A stretch of 64,000 nucleotides of DNA from Candidatus Nanohalarchaeota archaeon (GTDB lineage: Archaea > Nanohalarchaeota > Nanosalinia > Nanosalinales > JAFCCC01). The stretch's first letter is position 1. The number at the start of each line of letters is the position of its first letter. Where the stretch lies: contig JAFCCC010000002.1 of NCBI GenBank assembly GCA_017610385.1, positions 94,570 to 158,569 on the forward strand, given 5' to 3'. The position numbers and the translations under genes were made by a program. This document shows, piece by piece, positions 35,161-43,931 of this stretch. The notes under the pieces were generated by a model. It was given only the letters and a program-made list of their open reading frames with translations, was not told where the DNA came from and ran no database searches.

Positions 35161-35280
35161 GAACACTTAAAGATGGTTTTGGTTTCATCTCAAGCACATA
35201 TTTAAAAACTTATTTGAAAAAGGAAGTATAGTAAGTTGCTCGCAATTACGCTTTTTAGATAGAAAGTATAATTTAAACTA

Positions 35281-35383
35281 AAAAGTGAAGTCTGTTGTGT
35301 ATAACCGACTGTGCTTGTGAATTTTGTTCACAAGGTAGGAAAACTCGTAAGAGTTTTACGTGTTGATACAACTAACTGTAGTT
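35281..35383 (+). repeat. W element copy 2, ending exactly at tRNA-Tyr nucleotide 1
   Basis: See copy 1. The hairpins lie at 35314-35334, 35338-35359 (GTAA loop) and 35370-35383. Confidence 0.85.
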
Positions 35384-35562
35384 TCCCGACTTAACTCAAT
35401 GGTAGAGTGTCCGGCTGTAGACTTTGGACGCCGCAAACCTTCAAAGGTTTGTACCGGGATGTTCCCGGTTCGAATTAGCCCTTTGTACAGGCAAGCGTAC
35501 AAAAGCGTTAGCAGAAAGTACGCTTCCGCAAATGAATGGTTACGAAAATCCGGGAGTCGGGA
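35384..35562 (+). tRNA. tRNA-Tyr (anticodon GUA) with two introns (anticodon loop 37/38 and T-loop)
   Basis: Hand-folded. Acceptor is CCCGACT/AGTCGGG and the D arm is ACTC-AATGGTA-GAGT. The anticodon stem is TCCGG/CCGGG with loop CTGTAG|A. The T stem is CCCGG/CCGGG with TTCGAAT. Intron 1 is about 35420-35451 and intron 2 about 35475-35549. Confidence 0.85.
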
Positions 35563-35577
35563 TTTCTTTTTATTTTT
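35563..35577 (+). terminator. oligo-T tract after tRNA-Tyr
   Basis: The sequence tttctttttattttt lies directly 3' of the discriminator base. This matches the archaeal oligo-T termination signal type. Confidence 0.4.
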
Positions 35578-35638
35578 GTAAAGGTTCTGTAGTGTACTCA
35601 GAACATAGAGATATATTATTTTATGAGAATGGTATTTT

Positions 35639-36010
35639 ATGAAAAGAGAGAATACGAGTTATCAACAACAACTAGGGGCTCTATTACGTAAAGATTTTGA
35701 AATATATGTTGAAAAGTATATTAGAGAAGATGTTGCAATACGAAACATATACACTGAACTTGATAAATCAAGTGTAGCACCACCAGAAAGGCTAGTAAGA
35801 TCGTACATAAACTCTTTATTTACTGAGGGCATATACGGACGTTGTGGCATACTGAATGAAAAGAAAGAGAGAGAAAGACTAACACGGTTGGCAATTTTCG
35901 GGAGACTTGTGAATCTTAGTTCTGAAACACGCCAACGCCTTGAAGAAGAAGTTACTAAAAAAGGTGCATGGGCTCTAGAAGAATTTAGGCGTTTATTTGA
36001 CGCTGACTAA
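35639..36010 (+). CDS. hypothetical protein
   Basis: 123-aa ORF; no motif recognised. It lies in a visibly less AT-rich stretch. Confidence 0.45.
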   Translation: MKRENTSYQQQLGALLRKDFEIYVEKYIREDVAIRNIYTELDKSSVAPPERLVRSYINSLFTEGIYGRCGILNEKKERERLTRLAIFGRLVNLSSETRQRLEEEVTKKGAWALEEFRRLFDAD

Positions 36011-36133
36011 CTCCTTAGAAAAACATTTCTGGAAACTATGGGCTAAGTTTTATTTAATAAAAAAACCGCAAGAAAATATCGTGTTGTTTATCCACCACGC
36101 CTTTTTTTAATTGTTCTTTTTTATGTTCTTTTT

Positions 36134-37252
36134 ATGGGTTATGCAATGGATTTCTTAATTCCGGCAGCAATTATGTATGCAAATCCGGGACTTACTAGAG
36201 AAGAATATGCTGAAGTTTTAAGACAGATAAGATTTCCTGCAAGTAGATTGATGATAGAAGATTTTGAATATGTGGGTGGGGAGTATGCTAGTTCAGATTA
36301 CAAGGCAGGATTATTCTCTGTTGCAAGAATTCTTGGATTAGAACCGACTCAAGAATACAAAGAATTCTCTAAACCTGTCAAAGATGAAAAGGGATTGAAT
36401 GTTTATGCGCCATCCATTAGACCCATAGTGAGACCTATTGTTGGAGCATTTTTAGAACCAATGTATAAGGTTACACTACATTTGCAAAACAAAGTTACTG
36501 TTCCAAAGAAAAAGGTGGAAGTTTGGAGACATGTATCTAATAAAAACGAAAAATTTAAACCACAAGAGATAATCGACATGGAGTTTTATCAATCAATGGA
36601 CTCTTCTGCAAACTGGCAAATCTTAGAAGTTCTTGATCAAGATTTTTGTCCAACGGAACTAGATGAAACTGGTTTTCCTATAGATTTCGATGATTACGGG
36701 ATGCCAGGAGATATGTTTCATGCACATTTACGAGTCTTAGAATTTATAAGAGAATTTGATGAAGTAACTTTTCCTGATTTGGATTCTTTGACTGCGGCGT
36801 ATCCTATGCTTCATCCAGATCAGATCTGGGATTGGTCTCAAGAAAAAGGGGATATTTCTTTGTCTAATGTTTTTCTATCTGACCGCCGTAAAGACGGGGG
36901 GGTTCACTGGATTATGAAAAACAGAAGATATTACATTGATTTCTCTTCGAGGGTCTCTGAAAAAATTTATACAAGTCTTAGAGTTACAATGGCGGCTATA
37001 AAACAAGGGGCTATGGGTGCTTTTGGACACCAACCATCAGATGGGCATTACTGGCCAAAACTAAAGACAAATTTTCCAGAAATACGCCAGGAAAATAATG
37101 ATGCCGTAGTAGATTATTGGACTTCGCGACGCGCGATTCAAACTGGCTCATCTATTTCTGAATGGCTTAGGAAAAATATCATGCTAATCAGCCGCTCAGG
37201 TGAAAAATCTCTTAGGGATACTCAAATAATGAAAAGAGGTAGATATCACTAA
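36134..37252 (+). CDS. hypothetical protein
   Basis: 372-aa ORF; no motif recognised. Confidence 0.5.
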   Translation: MGYAMDFLIPAAIMYANPGLTREEYAEVLRQIRFPASRLMIEDFEYVGGEYASSDYKAGLFSVARILGLEPTQEYKEFSKPVKDEKGLNVYAPSIRPIVRPIVGAFLEPMYKVTLHLQNKVTVPKKKVEVWRHVSNKNEKFKPQEIIDMEFYQSMDSSANWQILEVLDQDFCPTELDETGFPIDFDDYGMPGDMFHAHLRVLEFIREFDEVTFPDLDSLTAAYPMLHPDQIWDWSQEKGDISLSNVFLSDRRKDGGVHWIMKNRRYYIDFSSRVSEKIYTSLRVTMAAIKQGAMGAFGHQPSDGHYWPKLKTNFPEIRQENNDAVVDYWTSRRAIQTGSSISEWLRKNIMLISRSGEKSLRDTQIMKRGRYH

Positions 37253-37259
37253 GTTATTT

Positions 37260-37535
37260 TTAAAGAATTTTTTTAATGTCGTTCCTTAATTCATCAATCT
37301 TGGAATGAATATGCTCCGGAACGATTTTATTATGAAGTTCATTTAGAACAGTTAATCTTTGAGCTGCGACGCCAATCAAATGAGTGGCTTCATCAATGAG
37401 CGCCTGTGGTTCAGAAATTGGTTCTCCTGTTCTATTTTTTGTGTTGACTGTTGATTTGCAAGATGGGCAGGTTGGTCTCAATAACTTTCCTTTGTATTCC
37501 CAGTCATATCCGCACTTATTACACGTCAATCTCAT
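37260..37535 (-). CDS. zinc-ribbon protein
   Basis: Contains CNKCGYDW...CPSCKS (CxxC-x16-CxxC) followed by a helical tail. Confidence 0.55.
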   Translation of the reverse strand: MRLTCNKCGYDWEYKGKLLRPTCPSCKSTVNTKNRTGEPISEPQALIDEATHLIGVAAQRLTVLNELHNKIVPEHIHSKIDELRNDIKKIL

Positions 37536-37668
37536 AAATATAAAAGTAGTAGTATAGGTTTATATAGGTTTTGGTGTGGAAGGCTTTGCACATAACTCAA
37601 GTAAAGTGTATGAAATGGTTTATACGACACTACACAGATTTTTAAAGATTTAATATAAACTTAGTTCT

Positions 37669-38136
37669 ATGACAATAACGAATGTAGGGGACATATCAGA
37701 ATTTTTAGGGGTCCAATTACCTGAAAAAGAAGTATTGGGAGGTTATGTTGTAGAGAATTGGCATGGAATAGATGTAAGAGTTATAGTATATACAAAAGGA
37801 ACTGGCTGGAGTTCTTCTCTACCTTCAGCTGCGTATATGGAATACTGTGAAAACAATGGAATTGGGGGGGAGATAGTTTGGTCTCCATACAGGTTTGCAC
37901 CACGAGAGGTTCTGGTCAATGAGAAATATGGAGGAACGACACACGTATCTCTTTCTCTAAGAAATGAACTTCCAGAACAAGTTTCTAATATCATTTTAAA
38001 AAGAGATGATTTTAAAAAAGAGGCGAGGCGGTTATTCAAATCCAAAAGAAGTAATGGGGGGTTTGTGGTTATAACAGATACTGCACTCAGAAATTCTAGA
38101 GCGGCGGGTTGGAAAGAATTGAGAAAACTATTTTAA
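37669..38136 (+). CDS. hypothetical protein
   Basis: 155-aa ORF; no motif recognised. Confidence 0.45.
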   Translation: MTITNVGDISEFLGVQLPEKEVLGGYVVENWHGIDVRVIVYTKGTGWSSSLPSAAYMEYCENNGIGGEIVWSPYRFAPREVLVNEKYGGTTHVSLSLRNELPEQVSNIILKRDDFKKEARRLFKSKRSNGGFVVITDTALRNSRAAGWKELRKLF

Positions 38137-38231
38137 ATGGAATGCTAGTAGCGTTATTATTTAAAAATTCAATTATTAGAATCTAATAAGCTTTCTGGAC
38201 AATTAAATCAAGTACAATCTAGTTTTTTCCT

Positions 38232-38426
38232 TTATTCTCTTTTTGACGTATCGTTTAATATTTCAATGGTAAGCTTGGCTTTTTTTATCATGCCAACCTG
38301 AGGCACCAAAAACGCCATTAAATCACCGAAAGATTGATTATCGCCTTCAAAACCAATATGATTGTATTTTTTATTACCTAATTCTTCTATTCTATTAAAT
38401 AAATGCCCTTCTATTGTTTTTTTCAT
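38232..38426 (-). CDS. hypothetical small protein
   Basis: 64-aa ORF; no motif recognised. Confidence 0.3.
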   Translation of the reverse strand: MKKTIEGHLFNRIEELGNKKYNHIGFEGDNQSFGDLMAFLVPQVGMIKKAKLTIEILNDTSKRE

Positions 38427-38570
38427 AATATTTTATTCTCTTGTTTGATTTAATAGTTACCCATAAGGACAACAATACATGGATTAAAAGAAATTCTGCC
38501 AAGCAAAGACTATTTTAAGAATAATTACATAATCGTTATTTATAAAAATCTGAAAGTTTATTTTAATTAT

Positions 38571-39452
38571 TTGTTATTAATGACGGCTAAATCAAAAGTC
38601 TTATCCTTCACGAACTCAAACGGGAAAATAGTTTATAATCCGTCTATTCCATTTGAACACAAAGGGAAAATATACATGTGTGTTAGGATAGAATCTTTTG
38701 AAAGTGAGTTAGATTCTCAAACTTTTTTTGCATATGAAATAGACAAGAATGCTAATTTATGGAGTATTGATTATTCTTTAGAATCATTACCCTTGCAAGA
38801 TCCATCATATATCAAAATTAATGGAGAAACATTAATTTTAGGTGTGAGAGTTTGGCAAAAGGATGGTAAAATAAAATGGAAACAAGATATTTACAGAGGA
38901 AATTCAATTAATAATTTGGAGTATTTCACTTCTGGCCCTATCGGGATGAAAGATATTCGTTTAGTTGATTTAGAAGATAGAATAGGTGTATTTACAAGGA
39001 TGCGAGGAAGAGTTTGGAGTAGAGGAAAAATTGGATATTTTGAGGTAAAAAATGTTGATGAATTAGGTGCCCTTACAAAAAAGAAATGGTGTAGCGCAAA
39101 AATTATTAACGATCTATTTGGTAATACGGAGTGGGGTGGCGTAAATCAAGCAATAAAACTTCCAGGAGGCGAGATCGGTGTAATTGGTCACATTGCACAT
39201 CAAACCATTAATAATAAAAGTGAATTAGAAAAGCATTATCGCGGAATGTGTTTTAGATTTAATCCAAAAACAAATACCCATTCTGAACTTAGGATTATTG
39301 CCACCAGAGCGGATTTTCCACGCACCAGCTCTAAAAGAAGTCCTGAATTGAATGATGTTATATTTTCTGGTGGAATTGATATAGAAAATAATTTCTATTG
39401 TGGATTATCTGATTTTTGTGTTGCGAAAAAGAAAATTGAAAACTTATTCTGA
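38571..39452 (+). CDS. hypothetical protein (possibly beta-propeller, DUF1861/GH130-like; weak)
   Basis: 293 aa and beta-rich. Size and composition resemble small five-bladed propeller glycosidase-like proteins. I cannot point to a diagnostic motif. Confidence 0.4.
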   Translation: MLLMTAKSKVLSFTNSNGKIVYNPSIPFEHKGKIYMCVRIESFESELDSQTFFAYEIDKNANLWSIDYSLESLPLQDPSYIKINGETLILGVRVWQKDGKIKWKQDIYRGNSINNLEYFTSGPIGMKDIRLVDLEDRIGVFTRMRGRVWSRGKIGYFEVKNVDELGALTKKKWCSAKIINDLFGNTEWGGVNQAIKLPGGEIGVIGHIAHQTINNKSELEKHYRGMCFRFNPKTNTHSELRIIATRADFPRTSSKRSPELNDVIFSGGIDIENNFYCGLSDFCVAKKKIENLF

Positions 39453-39503
39453 GCGAGTGTTGGTTTTTTGGAGTAATGTAAAAAAACTAATTGTGCGAAG
39501 CAA

Positions 39504-39779
39504 TTATTTTGAGCGTAATTGTTTTTTGTATTTGCCAGTTTTCTTGTCTATTATGGCCTGTGCTTTAATTTTTTGCAGGGTAGATAAAATTTCAATGGTG
39601 TCTTTTTGTAATTTTTTTGGTTTATCTCCTGTTTTGGTCTTCTTCAATTCTACTTGGATTTTATTTTTCTTTTTTTTAAGCAGAGAGAATATAAAGGACT
39701 TTCCAAAGCGTATTACGAACAGAGTTAAAATAATAAGTGCGCCCCACTCCAAAATCGCAAAGAGTACTTGTTCTGCCAT
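39504..39779 (-). CDS. small membrane-anchored basic protein
   Basis: Contains an N-terminal TM segment (FAILEWGALIILTLFVI) and a Lys-rich tail. It is preferred over the overlapping plus-strand ORF 39400-39819, whose F/C-rich translation looks non-coding. Confidence 0.4.
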   Translation of the reverse strand: MAEQVLFAILEWGALIILTLFVIRFGKSFIFSLLKKKKNKIQVELKKTKTGDKPKKLQKDTIEILSTLQKIKAQAIIDKKTGKYKKQLRSK

Positions 39780-39827
39780 ATTAAAAAATAGGAAAGTATT
39801 ATTTTTAAGCTTGACCTAACTTAGACT

Positions 39828-40178
39828 ATGAAAATAGAATCATATGATTTTGGTACAATTACAATCAATAATCGCGTTTACTTCAAAGATGTGATTGTAT
39901 TTCCAGATCATGTTTTGAATTATTGGGTTCGGGAAGAGCATCTTGTTCTGAAACCAGCAGATTTAGTTGAAGTAATTAAGACTGCACCAGATCTTTTGCT
40001 GATTGGTACAGGCTATTCTGGAGTTTTGGAAATTCCAAAGGAGACTAGAAAATATTTGAAAGGAGAAAGGATTAAATTTAAGATTATGAATTCACGAGGT
40101 GCTATTAAAGAATATCAAAAAATTATGGAGAAAAAACCTAAAAACAAGGTTGTTTTGGCTATTCATCTTACAAGTTAA
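39828..40178 (+). CDS. MTH938-like (DUF498/NDUFAF3-like) domain protein
   Basis: The pattern ESYDFGTITINNRVYFKDVIVFPD...DLLLIGTGYSG...IPKETRKYL...IKF.IMNS..A...Y is characteristic of the MTH938 family. Confidence 0.6.
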   Translation: MKIESYDFGTITINNRVYFKDVIVFPDHVLNYWVREEHLVLKPADLVEVIKTAPDLLLIGTGYSGVLEIPKETRKYLKGERIKFKIMNSRGAIKEYQKIMEKKPKNKVVLAIHLTS

Positions 40179-40313
40179 TAGGAAATATCATTTTCTTTGC
40201 AAAGTTTCGTGTACTTATTGGTTTTACGTGTTCCTTAGATAAGATATTTAAACTAAAAAACATAACTTTTACTAGTTACTGAAAGTTCAGTGAATTATAA
40301 AAGGTCATTGCTT

Positions 40314-40799
40314 ATGAGTGCTCGCGACGAATTTATAAAATTATTAACTCAAAGTATGAGAAATAATGGTTTAGATGAACTTCCATCTAAATTAGTTGCA
40401 ATTTTGTACATTTCTCCAGAACCAGTTTCTTTAGAGAGCTTGGCAGAGGAAACAAAATACAGTTTATCTGCAGTCAGTACCGCTATGAAATTCATGACTC
40501 AGTTAGGGATGGTGAAAACAACCAAAAAACCAAAATCCAGAAAAATATATTATTATTTTGAAAAAGATTTGATTACGTTTACTTTAGAGTTGGCTAAGAA
40601 AAAACGAGATTTAAATATTAGACCTACATTAGAAAAACTTCCGAAAATTCTTAAAAAATACAAAAAATCTAAAATGCCTCGAGCAAAAAAAGAATTGGAA
40701 ATTGCACAGACATATTATACTCAAACAAAACACTTAGAAACTGTTTTGACCAAAACGATTCAAAATCTTGAAAAAATACATCAGGGCGATTATAAATGA
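40314..40799 (+). CDS. GbsR/MarR-like winged-helix regulator (COG1510-type)
   Basis: The pattern FIKLL...M...GL..LPSKLVAILYISPEPVSLESLAEETKYSLSAVSTAMKFMTQLGMV...K.K.RK.YY is typical. It overlaps the ABC ATPase start. ATG 40314 preferred. Confidence 0.6.
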   Translation: MSARDEFIKLLTQSMRNNGLDELPSKLVAILYISPEPVSLESLAEETKYSLSAVSTAMKFMTQLGMVKTTKKPKSRKIYYYFEKDLITFTLELAKKKRDLNIRPTLEKLPKILKKYKKSKMPRAKKELEIAQTYYTQTKHLETVLTKTIQNLEKIHQGDYK

Positions 40800-41482
40800 A
40801 AAAGAAAGATGCGACGATTATTGAACTAAAAGACGTGTACAAAATATATGAATTAGGTGGGAAAGAAGTCCGTGCTCTAAATGGTTCTAGTTTACATATA
40901 CGAAGAGGCGAATTTGTCTTAATTATGGGTCCAAGTGGGAGTGGAAAATCAACTTTAATGAATATGGTAGGTTGTTTGGATCTTCCAACTTCCGGCACCA
41001 TTCATTTAGAAAATTATAATATTGCTCATTTACCTGAATCTGATTTGGCTCAAATCAGGGGAAAAACAGTTGGATTTGTTTTTCAAACATTTAATCTAAT
41101 TGCAACACTAACCGCATTAGAAAATGTTATGTTACCTATGACTTTTCAAGGGGTTCCAAAAATCAAGCGAATTCAACGCGCCCGAGAATTATTAATAGAG
41201 GTTGGTTTGCTTGATCGAATTAATCATAAACCAAGTGAAATATCTGGTGGAGAAAGACAAAGGGTGGCTATTGCGCGCGCTTTAGCAAATGATCCGGATG
41301 TGATTTTAGCTGATGAACCAACAGGTAATTTAGATACTAAAACAGGTGTAAAGATAATGGAAATGTTAAGTTCCTTGAATAAAAACAAAGGAAAAACAAT
41401 TGTGGTAGTAACTCATGATTCTCGATTAACAACTTATGCTGATCGTGTAATAAAAATTATGGATGGTGTAACAAATGAATAA
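40796..41482 (+). CDS. ABC transporter ATP-binding protein (MacB/LolD/FtsE-like)
   Basis: Contains Walker [10 protein letters not shown], signature ISGGERQR and Walker B ILADEPT. Confidence 0.92.
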   Translation: MKKKDATIIELKDVYKIYELGGKEVRALNGSSLHIRRGEFVLIMGPSGSGKSTLMNMVGCLDLPTSGTIHLENYNIAHLPESDLAQIRGKTVGFVFQTFNLIATLTALENVMLPMTFQGVPKIKRIQRARELLIEVGLLDRINHKPSEISGGERQRVAIARALANDPDVILADEPTGNLDTKTGVKIMEMLSSLNKNKGKTIVVVTHDSRLTTYADRVIKIMDGVTNE

Positions 41483-42698
41483 AAAGTTTTTGGGTGGTTG
41501 TTTGCCAGTATTATTTGGTTTATTTTTAGTTTTTTCTACATTTACTGCAGCAACACCTACCGGTACAAATCTACAACTGGTTTTAATAAAAAGTGAACCA
41601 GTTTCTCTACAGGCAGGCACATATGCAGATATTTGGTTAAAAATACTAAATAATGGAACAGTGACTGCGAGAAATGTTGAATTGCATTTTAATGATAATT
41701 TTCCATTTTATGTTGTTTCTGGAGAAAAAAGAGTCTGGGATTTTGGGAAGATTATTGCAGGAGATGAGGTTCAAGTAAAAACAAGAATTGCAGTTAATGA
41801 CACCGCTCTAGAGGGAGATAATGAACTGCGCTTTTTGCTGAAAATCAATGGTTTTAGCATTGTAAAGAAAATTTCAGTGGATATTGGGGAAGACAGTCCT
41901 GCATTGCTAATCACTAGAGTATCTACTGAACCTAATTACATTGCTCCGGGAAGTGAAGCTAAAATTATCATAGAATTGAAAAATGGGGGGTACAAATATC
42001 TTCGAGATATTGACGTAAATCTAAGTTTTTCAAGCAATATACCCTTACTTCCAATTGGATCTTCATCTGTAAAGAGAATAAATGAAATTGCGCCACAAGA
42101 AACAACAAAAATAGGATTTGATGTGAAAGCGACAGAATCTGCGACATCACAGACCTATGGGGTTCCTATAAATCTAAAATTCTTTGACAGTGCCGGAACT
42201 CAACATGAAAAAACAGAAATTACTGGAATTAAAATTGGAGGAACACCAAAATTAGTCTTTCATATAGAAAATACAGTAGTACTAAAATCAAAGCAAACCA
42301 ACACAATACAATTGAGTGTTGTTAATAAAGACATGATTGACGCCAAGTTCGTTAATTTAGAATTTGTAACAACAGACGGTTACAAAATTGTGTCTCCCAC
42401 ATCAGTTTATCTTGGAAACATAGATTCTGACGACTATCAGACCACAGACGTAGAGATTTACTGTGAAAAGTCTGGAATAACAAAGCTTACAGTCAATTTA
42501 GAATACAGCTCACCAGACGGTATTGGGTTTGTAGAAACAAAAACTGTGCCATTAAAAGTCTACACAAAAAAAGAAATTTCAACCCTTGGTTTAGAACAAA
42601 GGAACAATAACTGGATAGGTGGATTAGTTGTTATTTTGGCAATTGGAAGCTATTTTGGTTATAGAAAATACAAGAAAAAGAAACAGAACAAAAAATAA
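41475..42698 (+). CDS. secreted S-layer-like/CARDB-repeat protein with a C-terminal TM anchor (COG1361-type)
   Basis: Contains a signal peptide and repeated beta-sandwich-like modules (..NNGTVTARNVEL.., ..ELKNGGYKYLRDIDV..). The C-terminal TM segment plus KKKKQNKK tail anchors it. It is embedded in the ABC cluster. Confidence 0.65.
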   Translation: MNKKFLGGCLPVLFGLFLVFSTFTAATPTGTNLQLVLIKSEPVSLQAGTYADIWLKILNNGTVTARNVELHFNDNFPFYVVSGEKRVWDFGKIIAGDEVQVKTRIAVNDTALEGDNELRFLLKINGFSIVKKISVDIGEDSPALLITRVSTEPNYIAPGSEAKIIIELKNGGYKYLRDIDVNLSFSSNIPLLPIGSSSVKRINEIAPQETTKIGFDVKATESATSQTYGVPINLKFFDSAGTQHEKTEITGIKIGGTPKLVFHIENTVVLKSKQTNTIQLSVVNKDMIDAKFVNLEFVTTDGYKIVSPTSVYLGNIDSDDYQTTDVEIYCEKSGITKLTVNLEYSSPDGIGFVETKTVPLKVYTKKEISTLGLEQRNNNWIGGLVVILAIGSYFGYRKYKKKKQNKK

Positions 42699-42707
42699 GG
42701 GATCGCG

Positions 42708-43931
42708 ATGTTAGAAGATTTCGCAAAGATGGCATTTAGAAATATAACTAGAAGAAAAATGCGATCCTGGCTTACCATGTTAGGAATTTTTATTGGGATC
42801 GCCGCAGTGGTAACTTTAATTTCTTTGGGTCAAGGATTTCAAGGTACAATTAATGAGCAATTTGAAAAGTTGGGACCAAATAGATTGATAATAACTCCGG
42901 GAAATTCTGAAATGGGATTTCAGGGTGGTTCATTAACAACAGAGTATCTAACTGATCGAGAAACCGAAATTGTTAGAAAAACAAGGGGAATTAGATTTGC
43001 GACAGGACTTTTGATAGAAAACGCGCGGATTGATTTTAATGATGAAGTAGCTCATTTGAACGTAATTGGAGTAAAAACAGATTCAGGAACTACTGAGGAA
43101 TTAGAACGTATTGGTTTTTTTGAAATAGAAACAGGAAGACAATTTAGCAATACAGATGGTTATGCTGCGATTCTAGGGCAAAACATAGCTAAAAAAACAT
43201 TTGATAGAGAACTTAGAGTTGGCAATAAAATTCTAATAAATGACGTGCAATTTAAGGTGATTGGTATCCAAAAAACAGCTGGTACTGGCGTTCATGATGC
43301 CGTAATTAGAATTCCATTAGATACTGCAAGAGAAATTTTTGATGAACCGGTAAAAATCTCAGAGGTTATGGCTGCTACTCAAACAGTAGAGGATTTAGAC
43401 GCTGTTGTAGATTCGGTAGAACGGGCTTTAAGAAAGTATAGAGATGTAAAAGAGGGAGAAGAAGACTTTAGTGTTCAAACGTCTAAACAAATCATAAACC
43501 AACTAAATCAAATATTAACTTTGGTAAATGTTGTGTTTATTGGTATTGCGGCTATTTCTTTAATTGTGGGAGGTATTGGAATTACCAATACAATGTACAC
43601 CTCGGTTTTAGAAAGAACAAAAGAAATAGGAATTATGAAATCGGTGGGTGCGCGAAATTCAGATATTAGAAATATTTTTTTAATGGAATCTGGATTTCTT
43701 GGACTGGTTGGTGGAATTATTGGGGCGATTCTAGGACTTATGATTGCTAAAGTGGGAGAACTTATTGTTTTAAAGGCTGCAAATATTGTTTTAAAGCCAT
43801 ACATAAGCATTGAACTGATTGCGGGAGTTTTATTATTTTCATTTTTAATTGGGGCTCTCTCAGGAACATTTCCTGCGATGCAAGCAGCTAAAATGAACCC
43901 AGTTGAATGTTTGAGAGGCCGTATGAAATGA
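42708..43931 (+). CDS. ABC transporter permease, FtsX/MacB type
   Basis: Contains an N-terminal TM segment, a large periplasmic-type domain and a C-terminal FtsX 3-TM bundle (..GGIGITNTMYTSVLERTKEIGIMK..). Confidence 0.88.
   Translation: MLEDFAKMAFRNITRRKMRSWLTMLGIFIGIAAVVTLISLGQGFQGTINEQFEKLGPNRLIITPGNSEMGFQGGSLTTEYLTDRETEIVRKTRGIRFATGLLIENARIDFNDEVAHLNVIGVKTDSGTTEELERIGFFEIETGRQFSNTDGYAAILGQNIAKKTFDRELRVGNKILINDVQFKVIGIQKTAGTGVHDAVIRIPLDTAREIFDEPVKISEVMAATQTVEDLDAVVDSVERALRKYRDVKEGEEDFSVQTSKQIINQLNQILTLVNVVFIGIAAISLIVGGIGITNTMYTSVLERTKEIGIMKSVGARNSDIRNIFLMESGFLGLVGGIIGAILGLMIAKVGELIVLKAANIVLKPYISIELIAGVLLFSFLIGALSGTFPAMQAAKMNPVECLRGRMK

Noticed and set aside
35360-35642. ORF-track entries 35360-35581 and 35424-35642 (73 and 72 aa).
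   Set aside because: They run through the tRNA-Tyr gene and its introns, and the translations have no protein-like features.
35563-38430. Calling the tRNA-Tyr-adjacent island a defined integrated provirus or plasmid.
   Set aside because: There is no integrase, no capsid or replication motif I can recognise, and no direct repeat of the tRNA 3' end. It is kept only as a hypothesis in the findings.
39400-39819. Plus-strand 139-aa ORF overlapping the end of the 293-aa gene.
   Set aside because: The F/C/L-rich translation looks like an antisense artefact. The minus-strand 91-aa ORF (39504-39779), with a TM helix and Lys-rich tail, is more protein-like, though itself low confidence.
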